Source: an uncultured delta proteobacterium
GTDB lineage: Bacteria > Desulfobacterota > Binatia > UBA9968
Length of the DNA stretch: 64,000 bases
Assembly: GCA_963847445.1 (NCBI GenBank)
Contig: CAWJZV010000030.1
Span: 192,001-256,000 of the forward strand
Reading direction: 5' to 3'
Part shown: in pieces, positions 62,376-64,000 of the stretch
How positions within the stretch are numbered: position 1 is the first letter of the stretch
How the letters are laid out: each line of letters starts with the position of its first letter
Translations under genes and position numbers: made by a program
The notes under the pieces: model-generated
What the model saw: only the letters and a program-made list of their open reading frames with translations
Database searches by the model: none
What the model was told of the DNA's origin: nothing

Positions 62376-62864
62376 TTACTGGGGTGGCGGTTCGTCCGAC
62401 GCGAGAATCGCATTTAAAGTGGTTCCGCCGATCGCTGCGCAATCATGCTTCTTCGGATCCGACCACTTTATTGCCACACCTTGGACAACAGGGCGGACCA
62501 TTCGCCACGGCCAGAAGCCGAATCTTTGCGAGCCTGTGTAGTTAATGAGTGCATCCGCTCCGATTTTTCGCGCGATAACAGCAAATTTCGGAAGAATCTC
62601 TTTAACCCCGCCGTAAGTTCCTTTGCCAAGTTTTAATTTCCTTATTACTCTGTACTTGATATCGACTGATGGAATACCGGCAAAGAAGCATAATCCCAAT
62701 ACATCGGTAGTTGGCACAGTCTTTTCGGCTCCTACCTTGTCGGGCGCAATTTCGACTGAAGACTCAGTCGGTTCTGGGGATTCAGCAGAAGGCGTGACAT
62801 CTGCGGCAAAGGCATCGCTGAAGAAAAGCGCCAAGACAATGGCAGGTAATGCTGATGATTTCAT
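62376..62864 (-). CDS. Hypothetical secreted protein (cassette gene), possible YbjQ-like fold
   Basis: Signal peptide; ARKIGADALI...VQGVA; cassette ends gttaggcct and aggcctaac match. Confidence 0.65.
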   Translation of the reverse strand: MKSSALPAIVLALFFSDAFAADVTPSAESPEPTESSVEIAPDKVGAEKTVPTTDVLGLCFFAGIPSVDIKYRVIRKLKLGKGTYGGVKEILPKFAVIARKIGADALINYTGSQRFGFWPWRMVRPVVQGVAIKWSDPKKHDCAAIGGTTLNAILASDEPPPQ

Positions 62865-62961
62865 ATTTCACCGTAATAAAATATTCTTGAGACCTGATTG
62901 GCAAAGTTGCTACTTCTGCGCATACGTTACAACCGACACCCTACCGCCACTATTGTTAAAG

Positions 62962-63010
62962 GCCTAACGGTATGCCGCTGACCCGGAATCGGTTCGAGCG
63001 GCGGTTAGGC
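62962..63010 (-). other. Very short attC site (49 bp)
   Basis: GCCGCTGACC / GGTTCGAGCGGC palindrome between GCCTAAC and GTTAGGC. Confidence 0.78.
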
Positions 63011-63013
63011 CCT

Positions 63014-63277
63014 CTATCGGTAAACGTCTTTTCTGTGGCCAACTTTTACGACGTCAACCAGTAACTTCTCATCTTCGATGGAGTACAATATACGGTAGTT
63101 GCCCTCTCGCACCCTGTACCGGTCGAGGTGACCTGATAACTTTTCACAACCGAACGGTCTGGGATTTTCGCCTAAAGATTGAATCCGTAAGACAATTCGT
63201 TGTCGGTCTTTCTTTTGTCCAACGGTATCAATCTCTTTGCTTGCAGACGGCTTAATGACAATCTTATATCTTGCCAC
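63014..63277 (-). CDS. relE: RelE/ParE family toxin
   Basis: NPRPFGCEKLSG...YRVREGNYRILY...VKVGHRKDVYR. Confidence 0.92.
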   Translation of the reverse strand: MARYKIVIKPSASKEIDTVGQKKDRQRIVLRIQSLGENPRPFGCEKLSGHLDRYRVREGNYRILYSIEDEKLLVDVVKVGHRKDVYR

Positions 63278-63494
63278 GCCGCCTCAACGACATCACCACG
63301 GTTTCAAAGTCGACGCTCTTTTCGTGAGCACGTTCTTCAAATGCAGCCAGATCTTCCGCATCCTCGGCCAACGCCAGTTTCACAGCATCATTCACCATGT
63401 CAGAAATGGAACGATCGGTAGCTGCTGCCTTGAGTCGAAGGGCTCGGTGGATCTCCGGCTCGAAATAAACGGTAGCTCGTTTGGGTAAACTCAT
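63264..63494 (-). CDS. CopG/ribbon-helix-helix antitoxin
   Basis: KRATVYF...ALRLKAA...SISDMVNDAV...EDAEDL. Confidence 0.85.
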   Translation of the reverse strand: MSLPKRATVYFEPEIHRALRLKAAATDRSISDMVNDAVKLALAEDAEDLAAFEERAHEKSVDFETVVMSLRRRGKI

Positions 63495-63502
63495 ATGGGT
63501 AT

Positions 63503-63526
63503 AGTAACGTTACAACGTCATGACGT
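63503..63526. promoter_or_regulatory. Tandem palindromes, probable TA autoregulatory operator
   Basis: GTAACGTTAC and ACGTCATGACGT just upstream of the antitoxin ATG. Confidence 0.55.
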
Positions 63527-63542
63527 CAATGCGAGGCTAGGA

Positions 63543-63624
63543 GTCTAACGACAAGGCTGAGAAGCGATGGTCCGCGAGCGTTGCGAGCGGGGGCCGTACG
63601 TCTTTCTCAAGCCGCTGGTTAAGG
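63543..63624 (-). other. attC site
   Basis: GGCTGAGAAG / CTTTCTCAAGCC palindrome; R'' CCTTAAC and R' GTTAGAC. Confidence 0.8.
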
Positions 63625-63637
63625 CGGCAAGTTGGTT

Positions 63638-63838
63638 TTATGTCAGTTCTTCAAGAAACTTGACGTCTTTCCGTAGCCACTGATTGACCATCTCGCCGAG
63701 ATCCTTGCCCTTCCGGCGAGCAATGCGCTCGAGTTTGCTCTGCAGTTTAGGGTCTAAATAAATGGGGAGCCGCAGTTCGGCGCCTTTCCGATAAAACTTT
63801 CCTCGAATGGCTTTCGAAAAATCGTATTCTCGTCTCAT
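63638..63838 (-). CDS. BrnA-like antitoxin
   Basis: MRREYDFSKAIRGKFY...IYLD; follows brnT. Confidence 0.8.
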   Translation of the reverse strand: MRREYDFSKAIRGKFYRKGAELRLPIYLDPKLQSKLERIARRKGKDLGEMVNQWLRKDVKFLEELT

Positions 63839-63841
63839 ATT

Positions 63842-64000
63842 TCATTTCCTCTGATATTGCTTCTTTTCATTCTTTGTTGCTTTTCGCGCTGATATCAGCC
63901 GTACTCGCGCACTGTTTTCCGTTTCTTCATGATACGTATGGGAAAGAACCAACAACACACCAGTTTCATCCAACCCCAGGGTTATCCATCTCTCTTCCTC
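63842..64000 (-). CDS. brnT: BrnT family toxin (3' part; continues beyond the window)
   Basis: EERWITLG...RLISARKATKNE. Confidence 0.88.
   Translation of the reverse strand, partial: EEERWITLGLDETGVLLVLSHTYHEETENSARVRLISARKATKNEKKQYQRK

Overview
GC-rich bacterial chromosomal window. The many orphan NMT1/SsuA-like binding proteins, amidohydrolases, SDRs and cyclodeaminases suggest Ca. Binatia or a related deltaproteobacterial lineage (inference). Many genes carry single-base frameshifts, most simply explained as long-read assembly indels. Catabolic and transport genes dominate 0-29 kb. Superimposed are five notable structures. (1) Four separate minus-strand integron cassette arrays with attC sites and attI-like ends but no intact intI; one array has a co-oriented intI C-terminal remnant. 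(2) A tyrosine recombinase plus IS91-like HUH transposase element built as an integron cassette with its own attC and matching GTTCAAG/CTTGAAC core sites. (3) A GST with an in-frame UGA at the catalytic Cys position followed by a SECIS-like hairpin (probable selenoprotein, missed by the ORF track). (4) Several families of short-tandem-repeat hairpins and REP-like palindromes, one enclosing a four-helix-bundle gene and two lying in frame inside imuB and dnaE2. (5) An imuA-imuB/dnaE2 mutagenesis set separated by about 27.5 kb of accessory DNA that includes a double-TIR locus, an unusual class III cyclase, orphan tad pseudopilins and TA modules. No rRNA, tRNA or CRISPR array was seen. All family calls are by eye from motifs; no searches were run.
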